From assembly GCA_963716725.1 (NCBI GenBank), contig CAVQUB010000009.1:256001-320000 (forward strand): DNA of 64,000 bases, given 5' to 3'. Origin of the DNA: an uncultured delta proteobacterium. Lineage in GTDB: Bacteria > Myxococcota_A > Polyangia > Polyangiales > Polyangiaceae. Every line of letters begins with the position of its first letter. The stretch's first letter is position 1. This document shows positions 51,656-61,243 of the stretch, piece by piece. The notes beneath the pieces were generated by a model, which was not told the DNA's origin, did not search any database, and saw only the letters and a list, made by a program, of their open reading frames with translations. The translations under genes and the position numbers were made by a program.

Positions 51656-53086
51656 TCAGAGCCCCGAACTCGTCACGCCGTGGTGCACGGCGCCGGAGCT
51701 GGGATCGGGCTTCGCCACGGGAGGCTTGCCCGCCACCGGCTTGGGCTTCGCTTTGGGAGCCGGTGCGGGCGGCGGCGTGGGGAGCGGCGCGGACGAAGCT
51801 GCGGGCTGAGCCGCCTCGCTGGCAAGCGCAGGCGCGACCGTCGGTGGTTCGGGGACGGGGGGCGACGCAGGCGTCGCCGAGACGGCCTCGCCCGACTCGG
51901 AGGCGGCGGGCGTGGGTTCGGGTCGCGACAGCGCAATGGCCGCGCCGAGCCCGGCGACCACCACCACGCCCAGGCCGACGATCAAGGGCAAGGCCGAGCG
52001 ACGCTTCGGGATCGCCAGCGCCGCTTGCGGCTGAAGCTCCGACGGCTGCGGAGCGCTCGGGCTGGTGGCGGCAGGCTGCGCCGAGGTCCCGTGCGGAGGC
52101 AGCTCCATGGCCGCGGTGGTGCTCGTCGCGATGGGGTCGGTGTGTGTGCGCCTGTCGGCGCCCAAGAGCGCCATGAACGCTTCGGCGCCGCGCCGGCCGC
52201 CGAGCAGCGAGACGTGTCCGATCTCGGCGAGCGCGTGCTCGATCGCGTCGGCCATGACCCCGGCCTCGGCGAAGCGCGCGCCGCGATCGCGCGCGATGGC
52301 GCGACCGACCAGATCGGCGACGCACTTCGGCACGTCCGGCAGGAGCGAAGCGAGGTGCGGCCGCTCGCCTTGGATGATCTCCACCAAGAGCAAGCCATAG
52401 GTCTCCGCCAGGAACGGAGGCCTGCCGACCAGACATTCCCAGAGCATGACGCCCAGCGAATGCACGTCGCTGCGCGCGTCGATGCTCTTGTCGCCAGCCG
52501 CTTGCTCGGGGCTCATGTAGAGCGGCGAGCCGAGCACGGCGCCGGTGCGCGTCATGCCGGTCACGTTGCGACCCGTCGAGTCCGCCACCAGCACCTTGCT
52601 GATCCCGAAGTCGAGCACCTTGGGCGTCATCGAGCCATCGCCCGTCCGATGCAGAAACACGTTCGACGGCTTCAGGTCGCGGTGGATGATGCCCTTCTCA
52701 TGGGCCAGCGCGAGGCCGCGACACGCGTCGAGCACGATCTCGAGGGCGACACCCACCGGCAACGCGCCGGCGCGGTTGAGGGCCTCGTCGAGGCCGACAC
52801 CATCCAGGACCTCCATCACCAAGTACGGCGCGCCGTCCATGCTCGGCTCGGAGCCGGCGTCGAAGATCTCGACGATGCTGGGGTGGCGCAGCTTGCCGGC
52901 GACCTTGGCCTCTTGGAAGAAGCGGGCCAGCTGATCCTGCGTGCGCTCGGCGCTCGCGTGCAGGAACTTGATGGCGAAATCGCGCTCGGTGACCTGGTTC
53001 TTCGCAAGCCACACCGACCCCATGCCCCCTTCGCCCAGCTTGCGAAGGATCCGGTACTTGCCTGCGACGAGCGCGCCCTCTTCCAC
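51656..53086 (-). CDS. Membrane Ser/Thr protein kinase
   Basis: [27 protein letters not shown] and Pro-rich tail. Confidence 0.92.
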   Translation of the reverse strand: MEEGALVAGKYRILRKLGEGGMGSVWLAKNQVTERDFAIKFLHASAERTQDQLARFFQEAKVAGKLRHPSIVEIFDAGSEPSMDGAPYLVMEVLDGVGLDEALNRAGALPVGVALEIVLDACRGLALAHEKGIIHRDLKPSNVFLHRTGDGSMTPKVLDFGISKVLVADSTGRNVTGMTRTGAVLGSPLYMSPEQAAGDKSIDARSDVHSLGVMLWECLVGRPPFLAETYGLLLVEIIQGERPHLASLLPDVPKCVADLVGRAIARDRGARFAEAGVMADAIEHALAEIGHVSLLGGRRGAEAFMALLGADRRTHTDPIATSTTAAMELPPHGTSAQPAATSPSAPQPSELQPQAALAIPKRRSALPLIVGLGVVVVAGLGAAIALSRPEPTPAASESGEAVSATPASPPVPEPPTVAPALASEAAQPAASSAPLPTPPPAPAPKAKPKPVAGKPPVAKPDPSSGAVHHGVTSSGL

Positions 53087-53137
53087 GCCGCCGCAGCGTA
53101 GCGCATTCCGCGGACCGTTGAGGTAGACTCCGCGCGA

Positions 53138-54142
53138 ATGCCGCGCAGTCGCTGGATCATCCCGCTCTCGCTGAGCTTGGCGCTGCCCGCGTGGGGTCAG
53201 ACCGCCTCGGAGATCGCGGCCGCCAAGCAGTGGTTCACCCAGGGCATGGCCCTGGAAGAGAAGGGCCAGTTCGGCGACGCGCTGGAGCAGTTCAAGAAGG
53301 CGCTGGCGGTGAAGAAGACTCCGCAGATCGTCTTCCACGTCGCGCTCTGCGAGCTCGAGACCGGCGCGTTGGTCGAGGCGCTGGTGGACTTCGGACGGGC
53401 CGTCGAGATCGCGAAGGCCGAAGGCAACGCCCAGGTCGAGTCGGCCGCGAACGCGGAGCTCGTCAAGCTCAGGCCGCGAGTGCCTGCGGTCGAGATCGTG
53501 GTCCGAGGCGGCGCGACCCCGACGCGCGTCTTGCTGAACGGCACCGAGATTGCCGTCGCGACCCTCGGCTCCCCGGTCCCGGTCAATCCTGGACGGTACG
53601 AGGTCGTGGCGGAGTTCGAGGGCGTGCCCGTGCGACGCAAGTTCAGCGTCGCAGAACACGGTCGCGCCAAGGTCGAGATCACGCCGCCGGTGGCGACCGC
53701 CGACACGCCCGGCGCTCCGGCGCCCACTCCCGCAGCGAAGAAGGCGCCTCCTGCCGCGCCGGCCGAGCCCACTCACCCGACGCCGGAGCCGACCGCGTCG
53801 CCCTCGGTGTTGCCCTGGGTGATGGTGGGCGGGGGCGTGGTGTTCGCCGCGGGTGGTTTCTATCTGTGGAAGCTGCGCGGTGATCAGATCGATGCGCTCG
53901 ACGAGCTGTGTCCAGAGCAAGACCGCTGCCCGATCGAGCGCGCGGGCGAAATGGACGACGCCGAGAGCAAGGGCAAGACCTACACGGCCCTGGCGTTCGC
54001 GGGCTGGGGCGTTGGCGCTGCTGCCATCACGGTGGGGACGGTGATGCTGCTCGGTTCGTCATCGAGGGAGCGCGCGACGGCAGAGTGGGCGCCGGTCATC
54101 GGCCCCGGGTTCTCGGGCGCCAGCGTGCGCGGCCGGTTCTGA
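53138..54142 (+). CDS. TPR + PEGA exported protein
   Basis: Signal peptide, TPR helices, PVPVNPG PEGA, C-terminal GASVRGRF. Confidence 0.85.
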   Translation: MPRSRWIIPLSLSLALPAWGQTASEIAAAKQWFTQGMALEEKGQFGDALEQFKKALAVKKTPQIVFHVALCELETGALVEALVDFGRAVEIAKAEGNAQVESAANAELVKLRPRVPAVEIVVRGGATPTRVLLNGTEIAVATLGSPVPVNPGRYEVVAEFEGVPVRRKFSVAEHGRAKVEITPPVATADTPGAPAPTPAAKKAPPAAPAEPTHPTPEPTASPSVLPWVMVGGGVVFAAGGFYLWKLRGDQIDALDELCPEQDRCPIERAGEMDDAESKGKTYTALAFAGWGVGAAAITVGTVMLLGSSSRERATAEWAPVIGPGFSGASVRGRF

Positions 54143-54143
54143 G

Positions 54144-55082
54144 TCACTTCACGCTGCGCGCGCAGCGGAAGCCGGCGTCGTTGTAGCGGTCGCCCGCTCC
54201 GTAGGGCTCGAGCCGACCTTGGGTCCGTTGCTCGCCAACGTCGGTAATGTATGAGCCACCGCCGCGCAGGCGTCGAGCCGAGACGTCCGCGCCGTCGGAG
54301 GGGGCCGCCCAGTTCGGTTCGTTCTTGTTGCCTTCCCACTGGACGTCCCACACCCACTCGAACACGCTGCCCACCAGGTCTTCGACTCCCTCGGCGGTGT
54401 GATCGAGGTTGGACGATCCGACGGGCCGCGGGAACCCGCAGAATCCCCCGTTGAATTTCAGGACCGCGCCATCGCACCCTCCGGGTGGCTCCGCGTTTCC
54501 CCAGGGAAAGAGCTGAGGCGCTACGCCATCGGTGCGCACGAAGCTCCACTCCGCGGCGGTGGGGAGGCGCTTGCCCTCGGAAGCGCAGAACGCCGCGGCT
54601 TGCATCCACGAGACGCAGGTCATGGGGAAGTTGACCGCGTCCTCTGTGCTGCTCTCCGCCAGTCGCCAGGTCGTAGATGGCGCCTCCCCTAATGGATAGG
54701 GCTCCGGCCCGCTGCATTTGCCGTCGGTGTCCACAGCCGCCCAGTCGAAGTACTCGTGGCTGACGCTGTCGTTCCAAGAAGCCTCCCAGCTCATCTGCTC
54801 CTCGTACGCGCCGTCGGGGTCGAGCGAGCTGTCTGGATCGGGGATCTTCTGTCCGTGCTTCCACCAGTCGTTGAAGCGGCCGACCGTCACCTCGTACTGA
54901 TCGATGTCGAAGTCGTAGCTGAAGCTCACGGTGTTGCTGGTCAGGCCTGTGTCGGCGGCCACCTCGAAATCGACTGATTGCCCCGCGCTGTGCACACTCA
55001 CCATGTGGTCGTCCGGCTCCGTCTCGTAGTCGGGGAAGCACCCCGCGAGCACCACCGCCGAGAGCACCAGAGCGCGACGCAT
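54144..55082 (-). CDS. FGE-sulfatase (SUMF1-like) domain lipoprotein
   Basis: Lipobox LAGC; YEVTVG, PMTCVSW, RLPTAAEW, DLVGSVFEW, GFRCAR. Confidence 0.88.
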   Translation of the reverse strand: MRRALVLSAVVLAGCFPDYETEPDDHMVSVHSAGQSVDFEVAADTGLTSNTVSFSYDFDIDQYEVTVGRFNDWWKHGQKIPDPDSSLDPDGAYEEQMSWEASWNDSVSHEYFDWAAVDTDGKCSGPEPYPLGEAPSTTWRLAESSTEDAVNFPMTCVSWMQAAAFCASEGKRLPTAAEWSFVRTDGVAPQLFPWGNAEPPGGCDGAVLKFNGGFCGFPRPVGSSNLDHTAEGVEDLVGSVFEWVWDVQWEGNKNEPNWAAPSDGADVSARRLRGGGSYITDVGEQRTQGRLEPYGAGDRYNDAGFRCARSVK

Positions 55083-55337
55083 GCGCCTGGGTATACAGCG
55101 CTGCACGAGCCGGCGCGAGCGCGCGCAGCGCTCCGCGACACCGCAACCCGCGCTAACCCCCCGGGGCGTCGCCTCGGCAGGGTCGCCCGTGAGCGCGGTG
55201 TCACCCGGGAAATTCCCCTGTGTTGTCCGGCTGACCGGCGACGCTGATCGGGCTCGGACGCGCTGCGTCGAGCGAGGACGCTTGACCCAGAACCGGTCCT
55301 CGGTTTGAGTCTCTGGCGATTTCACGGAGGTTCATCG

Positions 55338-55886
55338 ATGAAGCTTTCAACTGGCTTGGTTGTTCTCACGGGTTTGGCGGCGTGTTTCTGGGCGGGCTGC
55401 TCGAGCGAAGACTCGACAGGCGGCACCGGCGGCAGCGGCGCGACGGCAACGGGTGGCGTTGGAGCCACGGGCGCGACCGGCGGCTCGGGCGCCATGGGCG
55501 GCTCCGGTGCGATGGGCGGCTCCGGCGCGACCGGCGGCTCCGGCGCGACCGGCGGCTCCGGTGCGACCGGCGGCGGCGGAAGCTGCCCGGATGATCTCTT
55601 CAACCAGAAGTGCGCCGCGCTCGGCTCGAGCGATGCCAAGCAGAACGCATGCATCAAGGGCGCCTGCTGCGCTGCGGCGGACGCCTGCCTCGCCGACAAA
55701 GCGTGCGCTTCGCTCGTGATGTGCGGCAGCAACTGCCTGCAGGCCGGCGGGGATCCGCAGAGCTGCGGGACGCAGTGCTCCAGCTGCGTGACCGATCCGA
55801 CTCTCTATAACGCGATGAACAAGTGCGTCACGGACTGCGCGGCGGGCACCACCGACGCCGGCACCACCGACGCCGCGACCGACTGA
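55338..55886 (+). CDS. Cys-rich lipoprotein with Gly linker
   Basis: GGAGG SD; WAGC lipobox; GGSGAT repeats; helical Cys-rich domain. Confidence 0.8.
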   Translation: MKLSTGLVVLTGLAACFWAGCSSEDSTGGTGGSGATATGGVGATGATGGSGAMGGSGAMGGSGATGGSGATGGSGATGGGGSCPDDLFNQKCAALGSSDAKQNACIKGACCAAADACLADKACASLVMCGSNCLQAGGDPQSCGTQCSSCVTDPTLYNAMNKCVTDCAAGTTDAGTTDAATD

Positions 55887-55904
55887 GACCTCGACAGCGG
55901 TCTT

Positions 55905-55949
55905 CACGCGCGCCCGCGACGCCTCGGTGTCGTGGGCGTTCGTGTTTTT
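55905..55949 (+). terminator. Intrinsic terminator
   Basis: GCCCGCGACGC-CTCG-GTGTCGTGGGC stem followed by TTCGTGTTTTT. Confidence 0.65.
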
Positions 55950-55996
55950 GTCACCCGCGTTTGACGGCGCTCGGCGGCTCGCGCATGGCAGGGGTC

Positions 55997-58180
55997 ATGA
56001 ATCGCACCTCGGCCTGCGGATGTACCTTGGCACTGACCCTCGCTTCCTGCGGCCCGAGCGCGGGGGGCGGCGGATCACCGCCCAGCACACCCCCGCCCCC
56101 AACCTCGAGCGGCAGCAGCGCGGGTGCCCCGGCGAGCCCGGCGGATCCGGCTGACGCTTTGCTCGCGGAGTGGAAGGGCCCCCACGGCGGGGTGCCGCCC
56201 TGGGACAAGCTCGACCCCAAGTTGTTCATCCCGGCCATCGACAAAGCCGCGGCTGCTTACTTGGCCGAGGTGAACGCCATCGCGACGCGCACCGACGCGC
56301 CCACCTTCGACAACACTCTGGCGGCCCTCGAACGTTCGGGAAAATCCCTCGATCGGGTGGGCACGCTGTACTTCGTGATGACCGCGAACCTGAACACCCC
56401 GGAGGTCCAGAAGCTGGCGGAGGTGATCGAACCGAAGCTCAGCCAAGTCTCCGACGAGGTGAAGTTCAACGCCAAGCTCTTCGCGCGGATCAAGGCCGTC
56501 TACGACGCGCGGGAAACCAGCGGCCTGAGCGCCGAACAGAAGCGCGTGGTGCAGAAGACCTACGACGACTTCGTGCGGCGCGGGGCCAGCCTCGACGCCG
56601 ACAAGAAGAAGCGCGTCGGGGAGATCAACCAGACCCTCGCCAAGCTGTACACGGACTTTGGCAACCGAGTTCAGGCGGACGAGAACACCTGGGTGGTCTT
56701 GGGCAAGGACCAGCTCGGTGGTCTGCCCGAGTCGCTGGTGCAGAGCTACAAGGCCGCGGCGGACGAGCGCAAGGTCGCAGGTTGGCTGGTGGTCAACACG
56801 CGCTCCGCGGTCGATCCCTTCCTGACCTTCAGCGACGAGCGCAGCGTGCGCGAGAAGGTGTGGCGCGCCTTCGTCGAGCGCGGCAACCACGGGGACAAGA
56901 ACGACACCAACGGGCTGATCACCGAGATCGTGAAGCTCCGGGCCGAGCGCGCGGGCGTGCTGGGCTTCGCGAGCCACGCGCACTGGCGCATGAGCGACAC
57001 CATGGCCAAGGAGCCGAAGGCGGCCGAGAAGCTGATGATGCGCGTCTGGCCCGCGGCGGTGGCGCGCGTCAAGCAAGAGGTCGCGGACATGCAAAAGCTG
57101 GCGACCAAGCTCGGGCACAAGCTGACCGTCGAGCCCTGGGACTACCGCTTCTACATGGAGAAGGTGCGTAAGGAGCGCTACGACCTCGATCAGAACGAGT
57201 TCAAGAAATACTTCGAGCTCGAGAACATGATCCAGGCCTCGTACTTCATGGCCGGCAAGCTCTACGGCTACGCCTTCGAAGAGGTCTCGGGGACGCTGCC
57301 GGTGTTCCACCCGGACGTGCGCGTCTACCGGGTGACCCGCAAGAGCGACAAGAGCCACGTCGGCTACCTGTATCGCGACGACTTCGCGCGCACGCACAAG
57401 AGCTCGGGCGCGTGGCAGGCGACCTACCGCGAGCAGCAGAAGGTCGACGGCAAGATCTTCCCGATCGTCTCGAACAACAACAACTTCACCAAGGGCGGCA
57501 AGGGCCAGCCGGTGCTGATCAGCCTCGACGACGCCAGGACGCTGTTCCACGAATTCGGGCACGCGCTGCACGCGCTGAGCAACGAGACCACCTACCCATC
57601 CCTGACCAACACGCCGCGGGACTTCGTCGAGTTCCCGAGCCAGGTCCACGAAAACTGGGTGCTCACCCGCGAGATCTTGGACACCTACGCGCTGCACTAC
57701 GAGACGAAGCAGAAGATGCCCCAAGCGCTGATCGACAAGATGCGCAAGGCGAGCACCTTCAACCAGGGTTTCTCCACGGTGGAGTACCTGAGCGCCGCCC
57801 TGGTGGACATGAAGCTGCACACCGATCCCAAGGGCGCGGTCGATCCCAAAGCCTTCGAGGCGAGCACGCTGAAGGCCCTGGGCATGCCCAAAGAGATCGT
57901 GATGCGCCACCGCATGCCGCACTTCCAGCACCTCTTCACCTCGGACGCGTACTCGGCCGGGTACTACTCCTATCTGTGGTCGGACGTGATGGCGGCGGAC
58001 GCTTGGAAGGCCTTCGAGGACACCAAGGACCCCTTCAACCCCGACGTCGCCAAGAAGTTCAAGGACCTGATCTTGGCCAACGGTGACGCGATCGATCGCG
58101 CCGAGGCCTACCGGCAGTTCCGCGGCCGTGACCCCAAGGTCGAGGCGTTGCTCGCGAATCGCGGCTTCCCGACCAAGTGA
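55997..58180 (+). CDS. dcp: M3 family peptidyl-dipeptidase Dcp-like lipoprotein
   Basis: FHEFGHALH, RDFVEFPSQ, YSAGYYSYLWS, FRGRDP. Confidence 0.9.
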   Translation: MNRTSACGCTLALTLASCGPSAGGGGSPPSTPPPPTSSGSSAGAPASPADPADALLAEWKGPHGGVPPWDKLDPKLFIPAIDKAAAAYLAEVNAIATRTDAPTFDNTLAALERSGKSLDRVGTLYFVMTANLNTPEVQKLAEVIEPKLSQVSDEVKFNAKLFARIKAVYDARETSGLSAEQKRVVQKTYDDFVRRGASLDADKKKRVGEINQTLAKLYTDFGNRVQADENTWVVLGKDQLGGLPESLVQSYKAAADERKVAGWLVVNTRSAVDPFLTFSDERSVREKVWRAFVERGNHGDKNDTNGLITEIVKLRAERAGVLGFASHAHWRMSDTMAKEPKAAEKLMMRVWPAAVARVKQEVADMQKLATKLGHKLTVEPWDYRFYMEKVRKERYDLDQNEFKKYFELENMIQASYFMAGKLYGYAFEEVSGTLPVFHPDVRVYRVTRKSDKSHVGYLYRDDFARTHKSSGAWQATYREQQKVDGKIFPIVSNNNNFTKGGKGQPVLISLDDARTLFHEFGHALHALSNETTYPSLTNTPRDFVEFPSQVHENWVLTREILDTYALHYETKQKMPQALIDKMRKASTFNQGFSTVEYLSAALVDMKLHTDPKGAVDPKAFEASTLKALGMPKEIVMRHRMPHFQHLFTSDAYSAGYYSYLWSDVMAADAWKAFEDTKDPFNPDVAKKFKDLILANGDAIDRAEAYRQFRGRDPKVEALLANRGFPTK

Positions 58181-58232
58181 TTGCGCTCTGCTGCTGGCGA
58201 GGGCTCGGGTCCGGGTTAAGCTGCCGCCTGCC

Positions 58233-59147
58233 ATGCGCGCCGCTCGGCTCGTGCCCCTGCTCTCCTGCGCAGCTCTCGTGGCCGCGGCCTCGGACTCGCG
58301 CGCTCTGACTCACGTCGTGCAAAAAGGTGACACGCTGGCCTCCATCGCCGAGCGCTACTACGGGCGCATCCAGCACGAGCGCTTGCTGGTGGCCGCCAAC
58401 GGCCTCGACTCCCGAGGCGGGAGCCCCATCGTGGTCGGCATGCGCCTGGAGGTGCCCGCGCTGTCGCACCGTCGCGTCAAGAAGACCGACAACTGGGCCG
58501 ACCTGGCCACGCACCACTTGGGATCAGCTCATCGGGCCGACGTGCTGAGCATGGCCAACGGGTCGAGCCCTTGGCTGCCGCCGGCAGATGGCGCGGAAAT
58601 CCTGATCCCCTACAACTTGCCGGTGATGGTCACGAATGCGGACACCATCGTGAGCATCGCACAGAAGTACATGGGCGATCCCAACAAGGCTTGGGTCCTC
58701 GACCACTACAATGCCTTCAAGGGCAAGAAGCTCGCGACCGGAGACATCGTGCTCGTCCCGCTGACCGAGCTCGCCCTGACCGAAGACGGCAAGAAGGCTG
58801 TCGCCGAGACAAACCCCCTGGTGTGCTCCCAGGCCTCGGGCGAGACCCGAGACCGCCAGCGTAAGGTGCAGTCGGAGCTGCCCTCGCTGAACGCAGACGT
58901 GAAGGGTGGTCGCTACGTCGATGCCGTCGCGCGAGGGAATCGCTTCTTGTCGTCGAGCTCGCAGCTCACCACCGAGCAACTCGCCAACGTGCATCGCCAG
59001 TTGCTCGAGGCCTACGCCGCCCTCGACGCACCGGGTCTGGCCAGAGCGGCCTGCGGGGAGTGGAAGAAGCTCGACCCCGGTGCCAACCTCGATCCTGTCA
59101 CCATGAGCCCCAAGCTGCGGGAGGCCTGCGTGGAGCCTGCGCCGTGA
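58233..59147 (+). CDS. Multi-LysM exported protein
   Basis: HVVQKGDTLASIAERYYG and further LysM-like repeats. Confidence 0.85.
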   Translation: MRAARLVPLLSCAALVAAASDSRALTHVVQKGDTLASIAERYYGRIQHERLLVAANGLDSRGGSPIVVGMRLEVPALSHRRVKKTDNWADLATHHLGSAHRADVLSMANGSSPWLPPADGAEILIPYNLPVMVTNADTIVSIAQKYMGDPNKAWVLDHYNAFKGKKLATGDIVLVPLTELALTEDGKKAVAETNPLVCSQASGETRDRQRKVQSELPSLNADVKGGRYVDAVARGNRFLSSSSQLTTEQLANVHRQLLEAYAALDAPGLARAACGEWKKLDPGANLDPVTMSPKLREACVEPAP

Positions 59148-60301
59148 CGGAGGCGCTGGAAAACAGCGGCGACCGCGCGCTCGGACCCGGGGCGGTGGTG
59201 GCCGGGCGCTACCGCATCGAGACGGTTCTGGGCGACGGTGCCAGCGGTATCGTGTTCCGAGCCGAGTGCTGCGCCGCGCCCGACAGCGGCGCCGCGTCCG
59301 GCCAGATCCACGCGGGGCAGCGCGTGGCGCTCAAGGTGATCCACCGCCACCTGGCCCGCGACCACCAGATCAGCCGGCGCTTTCACCGCGAAGCGCGCAT
59401 CTTGCGCAAGCTGCGTGCGCCGAACCTGGTGCGACTGCTCGACTTCGGCGAGACCGAGGACGGGCTGTTGTTCATGGCGCTCGAGCACGTCCAAGGCACG
59501 CCGCTGGACGTGGTCTCCAAGTCCGGCCCCATGGCACCGGCACGCGCCGTCGAGATCACGCGTCAGGTGTGCACCGCGCTGGACCACGCTCACTCCGAGG
59601 GCGTCGTGCACCGCGACTTGAAACCGGGCAACGTCATCATCGAGCGCGACGACGAAGACGACGCGGAGACCGCGCGGGTTCTGGATTTCGGCTTGGCCAA
59701 AGTCCTGCGCGGCGATGCGAGCCAATCGCTCACGGCGTTGACGCAGCAAAACATGGTCTTCGGAACCCCAGAGTACATGGCCCCCGAGGCTGCCCGCGGG
59801 GACGATGTGGACGCACGCAGCGACGTGTACGCGGCCGGCATCATCCTCTACGAGCTGGTGACGGGCTCCGTGCCCTTCGGTGGCAACAACCCCATCGCGA
59901 TCATGACCGCGCACCTGACGGACACGGTGATCGCGCCCTCGGAACGCGCACCAAACGCCGGCATCGGCCCGGCGCTGGACGCGGTGGTGATGCACGCACT
60001 GGCGAAGAAACCCGAAGATCGCTATCCGTCGGCCGCTGCTCTTTCCGCGGCGCTCGCGCAGGCGATGCACTCGCCGCGGGACGTCGCGTCGACCCGGCCA
60101 CCGCCCTCGGACCAGGAGCTGGGCAATCGCGACACCGAACTCTCACTTGGATCTCCGGATCTTCAGCGGAAGGAACAGGCTGCCCAGGTCTCCGCTTTGG
60201 CCCCGGGCGCGCCCGCCACCAGCTGGTTCTGGCTGGTCGCGGTCCTGGCCGCCCTGATCGGGATAGCGGCAGGCGTCGCCCTCAGCATGACTGGAGGCTA
60301 G
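59144..60301 (+). CDS. Ser/Thr protein kinase with C-terminal TM
   Basis: VALK, HRDLKPGN, DFG, GTPEYMAPE; GTG overlaps the LysM stop. Confidence 0.92.
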   Translation: MTEALENSGDRALGPGAVVAGRYRIETVLGDGASGIVFRAECCAAPDSGAASGQIHAGQRVALKVIHRHLARDHQISRRFHREARILRKLRAPNLVRLLDFGETEDGLLFMALEHVQGTPLDVVSKSGPMAPARAVEITRQVCTALDHAHSEGVVHRDLKPGNVIIERDDEDDAETARVLDFGLAKVLRGDASQSLTALTQQNMVFGTPEYMAPEAARGDDVDARSDVYAAGIILYELVTGSVPFGGNNPIAIMTAHLTDTVIAPSERAPNAGIGPALDAVVMHALAKKPEDRYPSAAALSAALAQAMHSPRDVASTRPPPSDQELGNRDTELSLGSPDLQRKEQAAQVSALAPGAPATSWFWLVAVLAALIGIAAGVALSMTGG

Positions 60302-60310
60302 CTCGTCGCG

Positions 60311-61243
60311 GTGAACGCCTCCGGCCATGAATCACGACTCTCCGTCGAGCAGAAGCTCGATTGGGGAGAGCTCGCGCCGCTGCGCATCACCGCGCGGCAC
60401 GCCGCGGACGGCGTCTACGCGGGTGGTCATCGCAGCCAGCGCCGCGGCGCCGGCGTGGAGTTCGGCGGACACCGTGCCTACGTGCCGGGCGACGACCTGC
60501 GCTTCATCGACCGGCACGCCTTGATGCGGCACGGGCGATTGATGGTGCGTCAGTTCGAAACCGAGACCGATCGAACCCTGCGCCTCGTGGTAGACGCGAG
60601 CGCGTCGATGGCCTTTCGGAGCCCCGCAGGGCGCGGCGCCAAGCTGGCCTATGCCGCGGTGATCGCCGCCGCGCTCGCCCGCATCGCCATCTCGAACGGC
60701 GACCCGGTGGCGCTGGACTGGATCGGTGGCGAAACGCGGCAACCGTTGCCTGCACTGGGGGGACGCGAAGCCTTCGAGCGCGTGGTCGCTGCCCTGGAGA
60801 CGGTCCAGCCGGGCGGGGACATCCGCCTGGACACCGCGGCCACCGAGCGCGCTTTTGCGGCCGTGGCTCGCTACGCGCGACGCGGCTCGGTCGTGGTGCT
60901 GCTGAGTGACTTGCTCGATCTGCCGGAGCACACCCTCGATCGCTTCGCCGCCCTGTCGTCCCTCGGCCGCACCTTGATCGCCGTACGAGTGCTCGATCCC
61001 TTGGAAGCGACCTTCGGGCTCGAAGGACCGGTGCGGCTCTACGCCAGCGAGGGTGACTTTCACGTCGAGACCGACGCCGGCGCCGTGCGCGAAGGCTACC
61101 TCGCCAACCTCGCCGCGGCGGGAGCCGTCTGGGCAGATCGCCTCGCCGTACACGGCGGGCGCATTGTCGAGAGCGTGACCGACGGCGATCCCGTCACCAC
61201 CGTGCGCGAGATCGTCTTGGGCTCGAGCGGAGGCCCTCGATGA
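60311..61243 (+). CDS. DUF58 family protein
   Basis: GGHRS..RGAGVEF..HRAYVPGDDLRFID, VDASASM, LSDL. Confidence 0.9.
   Translation: MNASGHESRLSVEQKLDWGELAPLRITARHAADGVYAGGHRSQRRGAGVEFGGHRAYVPGDDLRFIDRHALMRHGRLMVRQFETETDRTLRLVVDASASMAFRSPAGRGAKLAYAAVIAAALARIAISNGDPVALDWIGGETRQPLPALGGREAFERVVAALETVQPGGDIRLDTAATERAFAAVARYARRGSVVVLLSDLLDLPEHTLDRFAALSSLGRTLIAVRVLDPLEATFGLEGPVRLYASEGDFHVETDAGAVREGYLANLAAAGAVWADRLAVHGGRIVESVTDGDPVTTVREIVLGSSGGPR

Noticed and set aside
54144..55082. FGE-sulfatase domain as a diversity-generating retroelement target
   Set aside because: No reverse transcriptase and no second (template) copy of the 3' region seen in the window
55083..55337. Possible ncRNA or riboswitch in a long divergent intergenic region
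   Set aside because: Only generic GC-rich pairing; no family motif recognised; two divergent promoters explain the length
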